A stretch of 64,000 nucleotides of DNA from Candidatus Omnitrophota bacterium (GCA_043812035.1 JBDRMR010000001.1:58-64057), one strand, 5' to 3'; positions 9,398 through 20,052 are shown, numbered from the stretch's first letter. Notes: generated from the sequence alone by a model not told the origin. Made by a program: numbers and translations.

Positions 9398-9520
9398 AAT
9401 GAGCAGATAATCCTTGACATTTTTCTATAATTCATGCGCCGGAAAAATGTCAAGGATAAGTTCGGCCTTACGACTTATGTCCTTCGACTTCGCTCAGGAC
9501 ATAAGTCGTGGCCTCACTTA
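9398..9520. repeat. multi-hairpin palindromic element between rho and rpmE (homologous to 2455-2592)
   Basis: Hairpins ATCCTTGACATTTTTC..GAAAAATGTCAAGGAT and ACGACTTATGTCCT-TCGACTTCGCTC-AGGACATAAGTCGT; shared linker TAAGTTCGGCC and end GTGGCCTCACTTA. Confidence 0.85.
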
Positions 9521-10819
9521 CTGATTCATACTGTTCAGGAATTCCTCGTTATTCTTGGTTTGAGACATCTTCTCGATAAGCAACTCCATTGCTTCGATAT
9601 TATTCAGCTCATTAAGCACCTTTCTCAATATCCAGATTTTTTGTAACTTGTCCCCGGGGACCAGCAGCTCTTCATGGCGGGTGTTGGATTTCTTAATATC
9701 GATTGCCGGGTAAATCCTCCTCTGGAACAGGTTCCTGTCCAATTGCAGTTCCATATTACCCGTGCCTTTGAATTCCTCAAAAATGACGTCGTCCATACGG
9801 CTGCCCGTATCGACAAGTGCCGTAGCGATAATCGTGAGGCTGCCTCCCTCTTCTATTGCCCTTGCCGCGCCGAAAAACCGCTTCGGCTTCTGAAGGGCGT
9901 TCGAATCTATACCCCCGGAAAGAACCTTGCCGCTGTGTGGTATAACCGCATTATAGGCGCGGGCCAGGCGCGTGATGCTGTCCAGCAATATCACCACATC
10001 CTTCTTATGTTCGATTAACCTCTTTGCCTTCTCAAGGACAATCTCGGCCACCTGAACGTGCCTCTCCGGAGGCTCGTCAAACGTCGAAGAGATAACCTCG
10101 CCTTTAACGTTACGCTGCATATCGGTAACCTCCTCGGGCCTTTCGTCGATAAGCAAGACAATAAGGATTACGTCGGGCTGATTTCGCACTATAGCATTGC
10201 CGAGTTTTTTAAGAAGGACGGTCTTTCCGCTATAAGGCGGAGCCACAATCAAGCTGCGCTGGCCGTAACCGGTAGGCGTCAGCAGGTCCATAATCCGGCA
10301 GGATAACTCATTCGGCTCTGTTTCCAAGACAAAGCGCTCGTGCGGATAAATCGGGGTAAGGTTATCAAACAAAACCTTATCTTTAGCCTCTTCAGGATGA
10401 CCGAAATTTACCGCTTCAATCTTAAGCAGAGCAAAATATTTTTCCCCCTCTTTGGGCGGCCTTATCTGACCGCTGACCGTATCGCCGGTTTTCAAGTCAA
10501 ATTTTCTTATCTGGGAAGGGGAAATATACACGTCGTCGGGACAGGGAAGATAATTATAATTCGGCGACCTCAAAAATCCGAATCCTTCGGACAGAACCTC
10601 CAGCACCCCTTCCCCGAACATCAAGCCTTCTTTCTCTGCCTGGGCTTGAAGAACCTTAAATATGAGGTCTTGCTTCCTCAGGCCGCTTACGCTGTTTATC
10701 CCCATCTGCTTGGCAAGTTTATTTAGCTCGGATATCTTCATTTCTTTTAAATCCCCGATATCCAGCTTTTCGATTTTCTCCGTTTTCTCTGCTTTTTCGG
10801 CTTTCTCAACTTTTTCCAT
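9518..10819 (-). CDS. rho: transcription termination factor Rho
   Basis: [30 protein letters not shown] and FKGTGNME motifs. Confidence 0.98.
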   Translation of the reverse strand: MEKVEKAEKAEKTEKIEKLDIGDLKEMKISELNKLAKQMGINSVSGLRKQDLIFKVLQAQAEKEGLMFGEGVLEVLSEGFGFLRSPNYNYLPCPDDVYISPSQIRKFDLKTGDTVSGQIRPPKEGEKYFALLKIEAVNFGHPEEAKDKVLFDNLTPIYPHERFVLETEPNELSCRIMDLLTPTGYGQRSLIVAPPYSGKTVLLKKLGNAIVRNQPDVILIVLLIDERPEEVTDMQRNVKGEVISSTFDEPPERHVQVAEIVLEKAKRLIEHKKDVVILLDSITRLARAYNAVIPHSGKVLSGGIDSNALQKPKRFFGAARAIEEGGSLTIIATALVDTGSRMDDVIFEEFKGTGNMELQLDRNLFQRRIYPAIDIKKSNTRHEELLVPGDKLQKIWILRKVLNELNNIEAMELLIEKMSQTKNNEEFLNSMNQ

Positions 10820-11411
10820 CTCTCATACCTCCGGTTATTTTATTCCAAATATCTCTTACTTGTTTTCCGGTCCGGCTCCTCCTTCCGCTGTTATCGACTA
10901 TGAAATCAGCAAACCCGAGCTTCTGCACTTGCGGCAGCTGAAAATTCTGCCTGTTTTTTATCTCATCGGCTGTTAAGCCGCTCTTTTTCAATCTCCGAAT
11001 CCGGACATCGGATTTGGCCTTGACCACCACTACCGCGTCAACCTTATGCTGCAGCCCGGTCTCAATCAACAGCGGCGCATCCACGGCTAAAGTTTCGCTC
11101 TTCGCAGAACCCTTAATTCTACTGTCGATTATTTTTAATATCCCGGGGTGTATTATCGCGTTAAGCTTATCCAGGGCTCCTTTATCGTTAAATACGATTC
11201 TGGCAAGCTTTTTTCGATTAATGCGAGGCTTTCGGCCGGAAAGAATATCCTTGCCAAAACAAGCCACAAGCCGCCTATAGACCTTGCCGGGCGGCTGCAT
11301 CAATTGATGCGCAATCCTGTCGGCATCTATTACCTCTGCTCCCAGCCGCCGGAACATCCCGGCAACGGTAGTTTTGCCTGAGCCGAAATTACCCGTGATG
11401 CCTATCACCAT
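10806..11411 (-). CDS. coaE: dephospho-CoA kinase
   Basis: [21 protein letters not shown] and DAPLLIE motifs. Confidence 0.95.
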   Translation of the reverse strand: MVIGITGNFGSGKTTVAGMFRRLGAEVIDADRIAHQLMQPPGKVYRRLVACFGKDILSGRKPRINRKKLARIVFNDKGALDKLNAIIHPGILKIIDSRIKGSAKSETLAVDAPLLIETGLQHKVDAVVVVKAKSDVRIRRLKKSGLTADEIKNRQNFQLPQVQKLGFADFIVDNSGRRSRTGKQVRDIWNKITGGMRDGKS

Positions 11412-11427
11412 ATTTCCTTTAAAAGGA

Positions 11428-11482
11428 TTGATTTTTGATATTTGAATTAGGCGTTCAAGGAATAGTTCTTGAATCGGCTAAA
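11428..11482. repeat. TTGAWWT x3 heptamer array plus an imperfect hairpin in the glgA-coaE spacer
   Basis: TTGATTT TTGATAT TTGAATT, then TTAGGCGTTCAAG..CTTGAATCGGCTAA. Confidence 0.55.
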
Positions 11483-12871
11483 TTACTTAGCAATCAGTTT
11501 CTGGTACAGTTGAATGTATTTTTTAGCCGACTCCTGCCAGGAGAAATTCGCTTTCATACCCCTGTCTATCTTTGCCTGCCATCTCTTTTTGTCCTTATAC
11601 AGGGATATAGCCTCCCTTACCGTTTCAACCAAAGCGGGTGCGCTATAGTTGTCAAAAATAAAACCGTTTGATTTATCTATCGTATCGGCTAAGCCTCCGG
11701 TCTTAAACACCAGGGGGGCGGTTGCGTATTTTAAGCTGATCATCTGCCCCAGGCCGCAGGGCTCGAATCTGGACGGCATTAAGAATATATCCGAACCGGC
11801 GTATATTTTATGCGCAAGAGCATTATCGAACTTGAGGAACAGGCGGAACGCTTTTTTAAATTTCCTGCTTTTTTCTTCCAGGAGCTTATGATATTTTATA
11901 TCGCCGGTCCCCAGTATTATCAGCTGCAAGTTAAGTTTGCACATATCTTCGAGGGCTTCGGCGAGTATATCCAATCCCTTCTGTTCGGCCAAGCGCGAGA
12001 CCATGCCAAGCAAAGGAACCTCTCTGTTTACGGTCAATTTGCATTCGCGCTGCAATCCCTCTTTGTTCTTATATTTATCTTTCAAATTCCGGGCATCGTA
12101 TTTATTGAAAATAAGTTTATCGGTTGAGGGATCCCAGGCAGAATAGTCCAGCCCGTTTAATATCCCGAACAGTACGTTCCTCCTCCCGGCAAGAACGCCG
12201 TCCAGCCCGCAGCCGAATTCTTTGGTCTGTATCTCGGCGGCATATGAGGAGCTTACCGTATTGATGCAGTCGGAAAAAACAATGCCTCCCTTTAAGATAT
12301 TGCCCTTGTCGTAGAACTCGAGCCGCTCCATATTAAAAAGAGACCAGTCCAGGCCCAGCTTGGGAAATTCCTCCCGGGCAAACGTGCCTTGATAGGCTAA
12401 GTTATGAATGGTAAGCAAAGTCTTAGTATCTCTGTAAAAAGAATCGCAAGAATAGACGGTTTTAAGATAAATCGGAATCAGAGAAGCCTGCCAGTCGTGA
12501 ACGTGAATTATGTCGGGTTTAAATTGAATCTGTTTGAGCAATTCCAGGCACTTGCGGGAGTAGAAAGAAAACCTTTCTATATTATCGGGATAGTCTCCCT
12601 GTTTGTCGCCGTAAAGCCCCTCCCGGTCAAAATATTTATCGTTTTGGATAAAATATACCTTGATATCCTTTCCTGCCTTGCCGGTCAGGATCCCCGGGAG
12701 CAAAGGCTTGACTTCGAATTTGGTAAGCGAGGCCTTTTTATAATACGGCGTAACGATAATGACCTCCTGTTTGAGCTTCTCCAGAGCCAAAGGCAAAGCC
12801 CCGGCTACGTCAGCCAGACCTCCGGTCTTGGCGAACGGAACCGCTTCCGACGCACACACAGCTATTTTCAT
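11483..12871 (-). CDS. glgA: glycogen synthase (GT5)
   Basis: KTGGLADV, HDWQ and MPSRFEPCGL motifs; start moved to ATG 12871 (GGAGG SD, ATGA overlap with polA). Confidence 0.96.
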   Translation of the reverse strand: MKIAVCASEAVPFAKTGGLADVAGALPLALEKLKQEVIIVTPYYKKASLTKFEVKPLLPGILTGKAGKDIKVYFIQNDKYFDREGLYGDKQGDYPDNIERFSFYSRKCLELLKQIQFKPDIIHVHDWQASLIPIYLKTVYSCDSFYRDTKTLLTIHNLAYQGTFAREEFPKLGLDWSLFNMERLEFYDKGNILKGGIVFSDCINTVSSSYAAEIQTKEFGCGLDGVLAGRRNVLFGILNGLDYSAWDPSTDKLIFNKYDARNLKDKYKNKEGLQRECKLTVNREVPLLGMVSRLAEQKGLDILAEALEDMCKLNLQLIILGTGDIKYHKLLEEKSRKFKKAFRLFLKFDNALAHKIYAGSDIFLMPSRFEPCGLGQMISLKYATAPLVFKTGGLADTIDKSNGFIFDNYSAPALVETVREAISLYKDKKRWQAKIDRGMKANFSWQESAKKYIQLYQKLIAK

Positions 12872-15447
12872 CGAACCTCCTCCATTTCCAGCCAATTCTT
12901 TCCCACCTTGGCCACTGCCCTTATGGGGACATTAAATTTAACACATCCTTCCATCTGCCGACGGACCAGCTTAATCAACTCATCCGATTCCGGCGCCGGG
13001 ACTTCAAAAACAAGCTCGTCGTGTATTTGTAAAATAAGCTTTGACTTAAGTCCCGATTTTCGTATTTCGCAAGAAATATCGACCATTGCCTTTTTTATCA
13101 GGTCGGCGGCCGAGCCCTGAACCGGCGTATTTATCGCCTGCCTTTCGGCGAATTGCCTCATTCCGGCATTATTACTGTCGATTCCCGAAATGTATCTCCT
13201 GCGCCCCAATATCGTCGTGACGTATCCATCTTGCCTGGCCCTCTGGATCTGGCTCACAATGTAATCCTTGACTCCGGGGTATCTGGAAAAATAAGCGTCG
13301 ATAAAATTGCCCGCCTCTTCCTGAGTAATCCCCAAATCTCTGCTTAAACCGTAGCTGCTCAAGCCGTATATAATTCCGAAATTAATCCTTTTTGCTACCT
13401 CCCGCATCTTGTCGTCGATGTCCTTATGGCCCAATCCATAGATCAAAGAGGCGGTAGCAATGTGAATATCCCGGTCGTTATTAAAGGCATCGATGAGCTG
13501 GGAATCCCCGGAAAGATGGGCCAGTAGCCTTAATTCTATCTGAGAATAATCGAAAGAGGCGAGAAGATTATTTTCTCCGGAAACGATTATTGCCTTTCTT
13601 ATCTGGCGCCCGATATCGCCCTTTATAGGAAGATTCTGCAAATTAGGATTGGCGGAGCTGAGCCTTCCGGTTTGTGTTCCGGTTTGATTGAATGAAGCGT
13701 GGATTCGCTTTGTTTCAGGGTCAACCAGGGCCGGAAAAGCGTCCACATAGGTTGATTTTATCTTAGTAAGTTTTCTGTACTCAAGCAATACCCCGGGCAG
13801 AGGGTGCTGACCGGCAAGCCTGTTTAAAACCTCCTCGTCCGTAGAAGGCCCGCTTTTTGTTTTTTTCTGAACCGGCAATTTCAGCCTCTCGAATAGAATG
13901 CTCCTCAGCTGCTTGGGAGAATTAATATTAAATTGGGTTCCGGAAAGTTCGTATATTTTTTCCACCAGGCCGATCAATTGTCTTTCAATCTGCCGGGATA
14001 AAGACTCAAGAAGCTCCAGGTCAACCGCTACTCCGGCGAGCTCCATTTCGCCGAGCACGTCAATCAAGGGCATTTCCAGATTGAAGAAAAGTGAATCCAA
14101 TTCCTTTTCTCTCAGCTCCTTTTCTAAAACAGACTTTAATCTCAGTATAAAACCGCAGGCCGTATCCGGCCGTAAGCTGCGAACATCCACTGCCTCTTTA
14201 AAATAATCCCAGACCGCTTCGGATAAGGCATAATCGGCTCCCGAAGGATTCAGCAAATACGCGGCAATCATTGTATCGAAATACAAGCCATCTAATCTTA
14301 TCTTTCTTTTAGCCAGCTTTACTTTTAACTCTTTAAGATTATGGCCGATTTTCTTAATACCGGGGTTGCTTAATATACTCAAGACATCATCGTTTAAATC
14401 CCGGTCGTTGAACTCGGCAAAAATCTTTTTTTCTGCCGCAAAAATAGCGAGCCTGTCGTCCCGATGGGTTAAAACCAGCTCCTTCCCGCCGTCAGAAACT
14501 ATTTTTTTTATGGTGCTTGCGTCTGCGGACTCACGGGCGCTTTCCGCCCCCTCAACCGCGCCGGCGGAAGAACTTTGAGGCAAATTTTCCAGCAGGCTCC
14601 TGAATTCCAATTGTCTGAATATATTGCGTAAAACAAAATAATCGGGCTCTCCCAACTTCAATTTACCCAGGTCAAAATCCAACTCCACGTCTTCCCTTAG
14701 TTTAATCAGGCTGCGATTCAGCATAATCTGCTGCGAACTCTCCTTCAAAGCCTCCTGCAATCTCTGAGGCTTGATTTTCTCAAGATTATCCAGTATGCCC
14801 TCAATAGATTTATAATCCCGGATGAGCCTGGCAGCAGTCTTCTCTCCTATCCCCTTAACCGGAGGAATGTTGTCTGCCGGGTCTCCGGTCAGGGAAATGA
14901 AATCAATCATCTGACTCGGCTCAATGCCGAATTGCTCCCGAACCCTCTTTGAATTATAGAGCGTGCCTTTTTTATCTTTGTACGGACTAAAAACTTTGAC
15001 GTTTTCATCTACCAATTGCAGAATATCCTTATCAGAACTGATAATCACCACATCCATCCCTGCCTTCCTTGCCTTCCTGGTCAGGGTGGCAAGCAGGTCA
15101 TCGGCTTCAAATCCGGCCTTCTCGTACATGGCAATGCCGTAAGCCCGGATTATCTGTTTTATTATGGGTATCTGGCCGGCTAAATCGTCGGGCATCGGGG
15201 GACGCTGAATCTTATACTTGGCGAATTCACGCTGCCGGAAGGTATCTCTGGATACATCAAAGCAGGCTCCCAGATATTCGGGGTTCTCCTGCTTTAAAAT
15301 CTTGTTAAAAAAATTTACGAATCCGTAAATTGCGTTTGTCGGCTGACCAAACGAGGTGCTCAAGCCCCTTAAAGCATAAAATGCGCGATAGCAATAAGCA
15401 GTGGCGTCGATAAGCAACAACCGCTGTGAGGTCCGATCAGTCTGCAT
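12868..15447 (-). CDS. polA: DNA polymerase I
   Basis: 5'-3' exonuclease (EADD, SSDKD, GDPADN) and PolA motifs DYSQIELR, NFGIIYG and QIHDEL. Confidence 0.98.
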   Translation of the reverse strand: MQTDRTSQRLLLIDATAYCYRAFYALRGLSTSFGQPTNAIYGFVNFFNKILKQENPEYLGACFDVSRDTFRQREFAKYKIQRPPMPDDLAGQIPIIKQIIRAYGIAMYEKAGFEADDLLATLTRKARKAGMDVVIISSDKDILQLVDENVKVFSPYKDKKGTLYNSKRVREQFGIEPSQMIDFISLTGDPADNIPPVKGIGEKTAARLIRDYKSIEGILDNLEKIKPQRLQEALKESSQQIMLNRSLIKLREDVELDFDLGKLKLGEPDYFVLRNIFRQLEFRSLLENLPQSSSAGAVEGAESARESADASTIKKIVSDGGKELVLTHRDDRLAIFAAEKKIFAEFNDRDLNDDVLSILSNPGIKKIGHNLKELKVKLAKRKIRLDGLYFDTMIAAYLLNPSGADYALSEAVWDYFKEAVDVRSLRPDTACGFILRLKSVLEKELREKELDSLFFNLEMPLIDVLGEMELAGVAVDLELLESLSRQIERQLIGLVEKIYELSGTQFNINSPKQLRSILFERLKLPVQKKTKSGPSTDEEVLNRLAGQHPLPGVLLEYRKLTKIKSTYVDAFPALVDPETKRIHASFNQTGTQTGRLSSANPNLQNLPIKGDIGRQIRKAIIVSGENNLLASFDYSQIELRLLAHLSGDSQLIDAFNNDRDIHIATASLIYGLGHKDIDDKMREVAKRINFGIIYGLSSYGLSRDLGITQEEAGNFIDAYFSRYPGVKDYIVSQIQRARQDGYVTTILGRRRYISGIDSNNAGMRQFAERQAINTPVQGSAADLIKKAMVDISCEIRKSGLKSKLILQIHDELVFEVPAPESDELIKLVRRQMEGCVKFNVPIRAVAKVGKNWLEMEEVR

Positions 15448-15542
15448 TTGCCAACATTACGTCCATTAACCGTTATGTACTCTTTGAGTTTTAAAGTCGG
15501 CTGAGATTTTTTTCAAAGACATTGAAAGAAACGGCTGGGAGA

Positions 15543-16544
15543 TCAATTATCTTTAAGGCTTGAGGTAATCTCCGCGGAAATCTTTTCAAGTTCGCGCTTT
15601 GCTTCCTGAAGGTCGTCTTTCTGGTAATATCCCATTGCGTTTTGAAAATAATTTTCCATTTCGGCAATGCGGGCCCTTTTCCTTATTTCTTCTCTGAGGC
15701 TCAATAACTCCTGTCTATTTTCCGGATTGAGGTCTAAGACAAGGTCGAGGAGATCGATTGCTTTCGCATACTCTGCGTTTTGATATAATCTTTTTGCTTC
15801 GTTTACCAGCCCGTTGATTTTGGCGATACGGGCTTTCTTCTCCACTTCATCCCTAAAGCTCAACAGCTCCTCTTTGTTTGTCGGATTGAGATTTAAGGCA
15901 AGGTTAACGCTGTTGAGCGCCTTTTCGTATTCGCCGCTTTGGTACAAATTTTTTGCCTCGTTATACAGCCTGTTTATTTCGGCTAACTCTTTTAACCTTT
16001 CTTCTCTTCTCTTGACTGCCAACTCCTCGGCTAACTCTGCTGCCTGTGCCTTAAGATACTCCTGCTTAAGTTCCGGCACAAATTCTCTTAGCGCTACCAG
16101 CCTCTCTTGTGCTTTTTTTACCCAAACGTCTCCGGGCGGGCCTAATTCTATTCTTTTTTTCCAAAATCTGGCAGCGCTTACGTATTCCTTGTTTTTCTCG
16201 TATAGCATAGCCAGATTTGTGTATAAATTAGGATAATTAGGGTCGGTTTTCAGGCCGGCCAGATAGGCTTCTTCGGCCTTGTCGTCCATCCCTACGGCTT
16301 CGTAGACGATGCCCAAGTCGTTGTATGCGGCTGTGTAAGTCGGGTCTAAAATTATGGCTTTATGATAACATGCCATCGCTTCATCGAGACGCCCTTGGGA
16401 TTGAAACTCAAAGCCCTGTTTGCGATAGTATCGGGAACGTTCTAAAAGAAGTGGCAATTCCTTTGCGGGGAGCAAGGCAGGTAAGAAAAGGCAAACGGCA
16501 AGGAATATAAAAACATAACTACTTTTCTTTAAATATCTTAACAT
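15543..16544 (-). CDS. exported TPR-repeat protein
   Basis: N-terminal signal/TM segment; TPR motifs (AYNDLGIVY, YTNLAMLY); 53-aa tandem duplication. Confidence 0.8.
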   Translation of the reverse strand: MLRYLKKSSYVFIFLAVCLFLPALLPAKELPLLLERSRYYRKQGFEFQSQGRLDEAMACYHKAIILDPTYTAAYNDLGIVYEAVGMDDKAEEAYLAGLKTDPNYPNLYTNLAMLYEKNKEYVSAARFWKKRIELGPPGDVWVKKAQERLVALREFVPELKQEYLKAQAAELAEELAVKRREERLKELAEINRLYNEAKNLYQSGEYEKALNSVNLALNLNPTNKEELLSFRDEVEKKARIAKINGLVNEAKRLYQNAEYAKAIDLLDLVLDLNPENRQELLSLREEIRKRARIAEMENYFQNAMGYYQKDDLQEAKRELEKISAEITSSLKDN

Positions 16545-16554
16545 ATTTGATTTT

Positions 16555-16583
16555 AAAATACAAGATAAAAATTAAAAAGTCAA
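16555..16583 (-). promoter_or_regulatory. putative sigma70 promoter for the TPR gene/polA block
   Basis: TTGACT-N17-TATTTT in an AT-rich spacer. Confidence 0.4.
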
Positions 16584-16591
16584 GAGAAAAT

Positions 16592-18772
16592 TTACAACAG
16601 AGCGGGCATGCTTAACGCAGGGTGTCCGACTTTAGACAAAAACTCCAGAAGTTGCTCCGAAGTAGTAGATTGCGTCTCGTCGGCAATCTTATCCGGTAAA
16701 TCCGGGTATCCGCTTTCCTGGCAACTCTGTTTTAATTTTCCCCCCAAACTTTCCTTTAACTCTTTAGGCATCCATACTATGCGGGCTAATCCGCCGTCCG
16801 CGGAAATAAATTTTTTACTCAAGATATAAAGTTTGCCTATGCCCAAAAAACCCGGGGTCTGAACGCCTCCTCCTACCGAACCGGCCAATCCGGTAAAGGT
16901 CATCCCGCAGGGCGTCATGCCGGAATGGTCGCGGTTAACAATCATAAAACCGTTTGCTTCGGGAATAATTGCCACGATGCACTCGAAGCATCCGCAAGAA
17001 CTCTGAGGACTATCCATAAGTGAGTACATGCTTACTTTACTTATGGTCTTATTTGATTTTTCATACACAAATCTGTTCACGTTTTCCCATTGGCCGAACT
17101 TCTGCTCGAGTACCTTTCCTTTTGTTATCGGCTGGTTTGGACCGGTGGGCGTAATCTCGTAGCAGGTCTTGGCATCCAGCCAGGAATAAGCCCCGCAGAG
17201 ACCCAGTCGCTCAGGGGTAACGATGCAAACATGATTAGGAGCGAAGGATTGGCAAAGTAAACACGAATAATACGTGTCCACGCTCTCGTCAGTCATGCCG
17301 CTTATGCGGCTATCCCGCTCATCGTATACCTTTCTTGCTCCGGACAATAATCTTTCCACGTCGGGAAGCTGGGTATATAACTTTACCTGTACCTTATCCA
17401 CGATTGCGCCGTAGTCCTTATGAAACATTGCGTGTAAAAATATACCGAAATGCTTAAGGCGAATGCCCTTGCTGAAAGCCTGCTGATTTATCCTTATCCA
17501 GCACATATCTCTCTGGCCGATATGCATAATTCCCATTGCGTAATTTGTATACCGGTGTATCTGGCGCTCCAGGACCGGCTCGAAATCTTTTTGCATCTTG
17601 CGGCCGGCCACTTCCGCAACAATCGCAAGGGGCATTGATTTTTTCTCCTTATCCAACTGGTCTATGTCGGGGCCGATAAGTTCGACTTTCCCGTCTTCGA
17701 CCTCTCCCAGTTCATTAGAGGTGAGGTATTCGAGAGCCGTGGAAGCCTTTCCGCCGAATTCAACATACAACTGCTCCCTCCTCACGCGCTCTCCCTCAAA
17801 AGCCGCTGCGTAAGGAACCGGGATGGGAATTTGAGTGACCGTAACTTTAACTCCTCTTACCTCGATAGCCCGCGCAACAATCTTTTTATGGTCAAGCTCC
17901 TTAACCAAAGCCTCGTAAGTGGTTATGCCCGAGGGTCTAATCTCTGGAATCTCGGTATCGGCTATTACCGGAAAACCCATATTAATCGCTCCGGCTCCGG
18001 TGGCGTATTTTAAATCGTCGACTTCGCCCAAGGTCAGCCCGAAGGCAAATACTCTCTCTTTTGTGTACAACAGGCATTGCTTTGCCTGGCCGGCTTTCAA
18101 TCCGCCGAAGGTAAGCGCCGAACGGATAGCCCAGTTCAGAGGATATATTGCCGAAACCGTATCCCTTCCGTAAGGGACAATATAATTGTCCCAACCCATC
18201 TGCACATCCTCCTCGATTAATTGGTCGATTACGGAGCGCCCGCCGGTGCTTGAGCCGACGAAAATAAGGATGTTCCTCTCCTGCAATTGACGAACGATTT
18301 CAACTGCGGTCCGGTTATCCGGCGCCGCGCCAAGGATTGCCGCAAATCCCGGCATGCGGCCGTCAACCAGTTGAATCCCCAGGGAACGCATAATCGTATC
18401 GGTAAAGAAACCGTTGCAGTCTTTCTGCGGCTCCTTGCCGTTGAGATACCGCAAAGCCATAATTATCTCCTCGGCCAGAAGAGTGGCGATTCCCGCATCC
18501 AGCGCATTGCCTAAATAAGGAAGCCAAAGATTTTCGGAAGGCTCTCCGGGCAATAAAGACCTGGCGTGCTCTAATACGGGCCTTGCGTCCTTTAAAGTCT
18601 TTACCTGAACTCCCAATAAAGCGTATGTCATCGGAAGATAAAAAGCCGTTTCCGGAAACTCTAATTTCTGCGCTTCTTGTTTCTCTTCTACCGCCTTATT
18701 TAAGGAATCCTGTGCTTCTTTAACAATTTTTTTTGCTCCGCGAATAACCGCTGTTGCAACAACCCTGGACAT
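16592..18772 (-). CDS. acsB: acetyl-CoA synthase (CODH/ACS beta subunit, bacterial type)
   Basis: A-cluster ligands SCLLCQSFAPNHVC, RLGLCGA and SCGCFE; full N-terminal domain. Confidence 0.96.
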   Translation of the reverse strand: MSRVVATAVIRGAKKIVKEAQDSLNKAVEEKQEAQKLEFPETAFYLPMTYALLGVQVKTLKDARPVLEHARSLLPGEPSENLWLPYLGNALDAGIATLLAEEIIMALRYLNGKEPQKDCNGFFTDTIMRSLGIQLVDGRMPGFAAILGAAPDNRTAVEIVRQLQERNILIFVGSSTGGRSVIDQLIEEDVQMGWDNYIVPYGRDTVSAIYPLNWAIRSALTFGGLKAGQAKQCLLYTKERVFAFGLTLGEVDDLKYATGAGAINMGFPVIADTEIPEIRPSGITTYEALVKELDHKKIVARAIEVRGVKVTVTQIPIPVPYAAAFEGERVRREQLYVEFGGKASTALEYLTSNELGEVEDGKVELIGPDIDQLDKEKKSMPLAIVAEVAGRKMQKDFEPVLERQIHRYTNYAMGIMHIGQRDMCWIRINQQAFSKGIRLKHFGIFLHAMFHKDYGAIVDKVQVKLYTQLPDVERLLSGARKVYDERDSRISGMTDESVDTYYSCLLCQSFAPNHVCIVTPERLGLCGAYSWLDAKTCYEITPTGPNQPITKGKVLEQKFGQWENVNRFVYEKSNKTISKVSMYSLMDSPQSSCGCFECIVAIIPEANGFMIVNRDHSGMTPCGMTFTGLAGSVGGGVQTPGFLGIGKLYILSKKFISADGGLARIVWMPKELKESLGGKLKQSCQESGYPDLPDKIADETQSTTSEQLLEFLSKVGHPALSMPALL

Positions 18773-18785
18773 CGATTCCCCCCTT

Positions 18786-20051
18786 TTAAACTATATAAAC
18801 CTCGTCCTTCTGTTTGAGCAAATCTAATATCTTAGCGTAATTAAAAGTTTCCGATGACAACTCATCCTTAATGAAAGATATGTCGGTTTCTTCTTTTATA
18901 AGCCTTAAAAATACTCCGCAATTCCTTATATCTCCAACAGCAATCATCCCGGCGAGGCGATTCCCCTTCAAAACAAACTTTTTATAAATATCTCTCTTTT
19001 CGTCCAAGAAGACAATCTCTTCGAATTCAGGGCTCTTGGGTCTGATTATTCCGATGGAGATAGCGCAGAGGCCGAAGAATTCAATTGAATTCATTGACAT
19101 TGAGCCGCCGTATTCGATATCCTGACCGGCCATATTAAAACCGGCTACCCTGCCTTGCTCAACCGCGTTAGGCCAAAGAGCATTAACGGCGCTGTTTTTA
19201 TAGGCGAGGTCAAAACTCTGGGCTACGTCTCCGGCGGCAAAAATATTAGGAACGTTTGTTTTCATGTATTTATCAACGAGTATCCCCTTATCGGTATTTA
19301 TCCGGGTTTCTTTGATTAAATCCGTATTCGGACTTACCCCTTTGCCTATAACCAGGATTGAACAAGCAATGACCTTGCCGGTGTCGAGCTTTATTGCCTT
19401 CAAATCTCCGTTTCCTAAAATCTCTACGATGTCCCTGCCGGTCATAATCTCTACTCCGGCCTCCCGGAATCTCTTCATAAAAAATCCAGCCCCCTTCTCG
19501 TCGAGCATCTGGGAAAGGACAAATCCGGATTTAACGATTACCTTTATTCCCTGCTTTCTCTTTAAAAGCCCATAAGCGGCCTTAAAACCGATCAATCCTC
19601 CGCCCAATACGCAGCTGGTAGAAGAAACCGGCACCAAGCCCAAAATCTCTTTTGCGTCCTTTATTGTCCTGAATCCGAACACCCCTCTTTTCTTAAGGGC
19701 CTTCAGGTCCGGCGGAAACTTCGCCGAAGCGCCGGTAGCAATAAGCAGCGCATCGTAACCTATCGAGGTCTTATCCTCAAAAACCACCTTATTTTTCTTC
19801 GGTTCGACTTTTGTCACCTTCTTATTAAGAATTAAATCCAGATTATTCTCCTTGTAAAAACTCTGGGGCCTGTAGACCAGTTTTTCTTCCGGAACGTCTC
19901 CGGCTAAAAAATAGGAGATAAGGCAACGGCAGTAGGCGTCGTAATCCTCTTCAGAGATTATGGTAATCTTGCCGCCTCTGTCTTTATCCCTGATTGCCTC
20001 CGCAGCGGCTATTCCCGCCGCGGAATTGCCGACAATAACGAAATTTTTCAT
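18786..20051 (-). CDS. FAD/NAD(P)-dependent oxidoreductase (CODH-associated FNOR-like)
   Basis: VIVGNSAAG, LLIATGA, GGGLIG and IFAAGD motifs; located in the cooS-cooF cluster. Confidence 0.85.
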   Translation of the reverse strand: MKNFVIVGNSAAGIAAAEAIRDKDRGGKITIISEEDYDAYCRCLISYFLAGDVPEEKLVYRPQSFYKENNLDLILNKKVTKVEPKKNKVVFEDKTSIGYDALLIATGASAKFPPDLKALKKRGVFGFRTIKDAKEILGLVPVSSTSCVLGGGLIGFKAAYGLLKRKQGIKVIVKSGFVLSQMLDEKGAGFFMKRFREAGVEIMTGRDIVEILGNGDLKAIKLDTGKVIACSILVIGKGVSPNTDLIKETRINTDKGILVDKYMKTNVPNIFAAGDVAQSFDLAYKNSAVNALWPNAVEQGRVAGFNMAGQDIEYGGSMSMNSIEFFGLCAISIGIIRPKSPEFEEIVFLDEKRDIYKKFVLKGNRLAGMIAVGDIRNCGVFLRLIKEETDISFIKDELSSETFNYAKILDLLKQKDEVYIV

Positions 20052-20052
20052 C

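Noticed and set aside
9414-9431. TTGACA and TATAAT on the plus strand
   Set aside because: The spacing is only 6 bp and both are part of a hairpin, so this is not a promoter.
14510-14580. Low-complexity segment in PolA (SSSAGAVEGAESARESADAS)
   Set aside because: It is the ordinary linker between the 5' nuclease and Klenow domains, with no DNA symmetry or periodicity.
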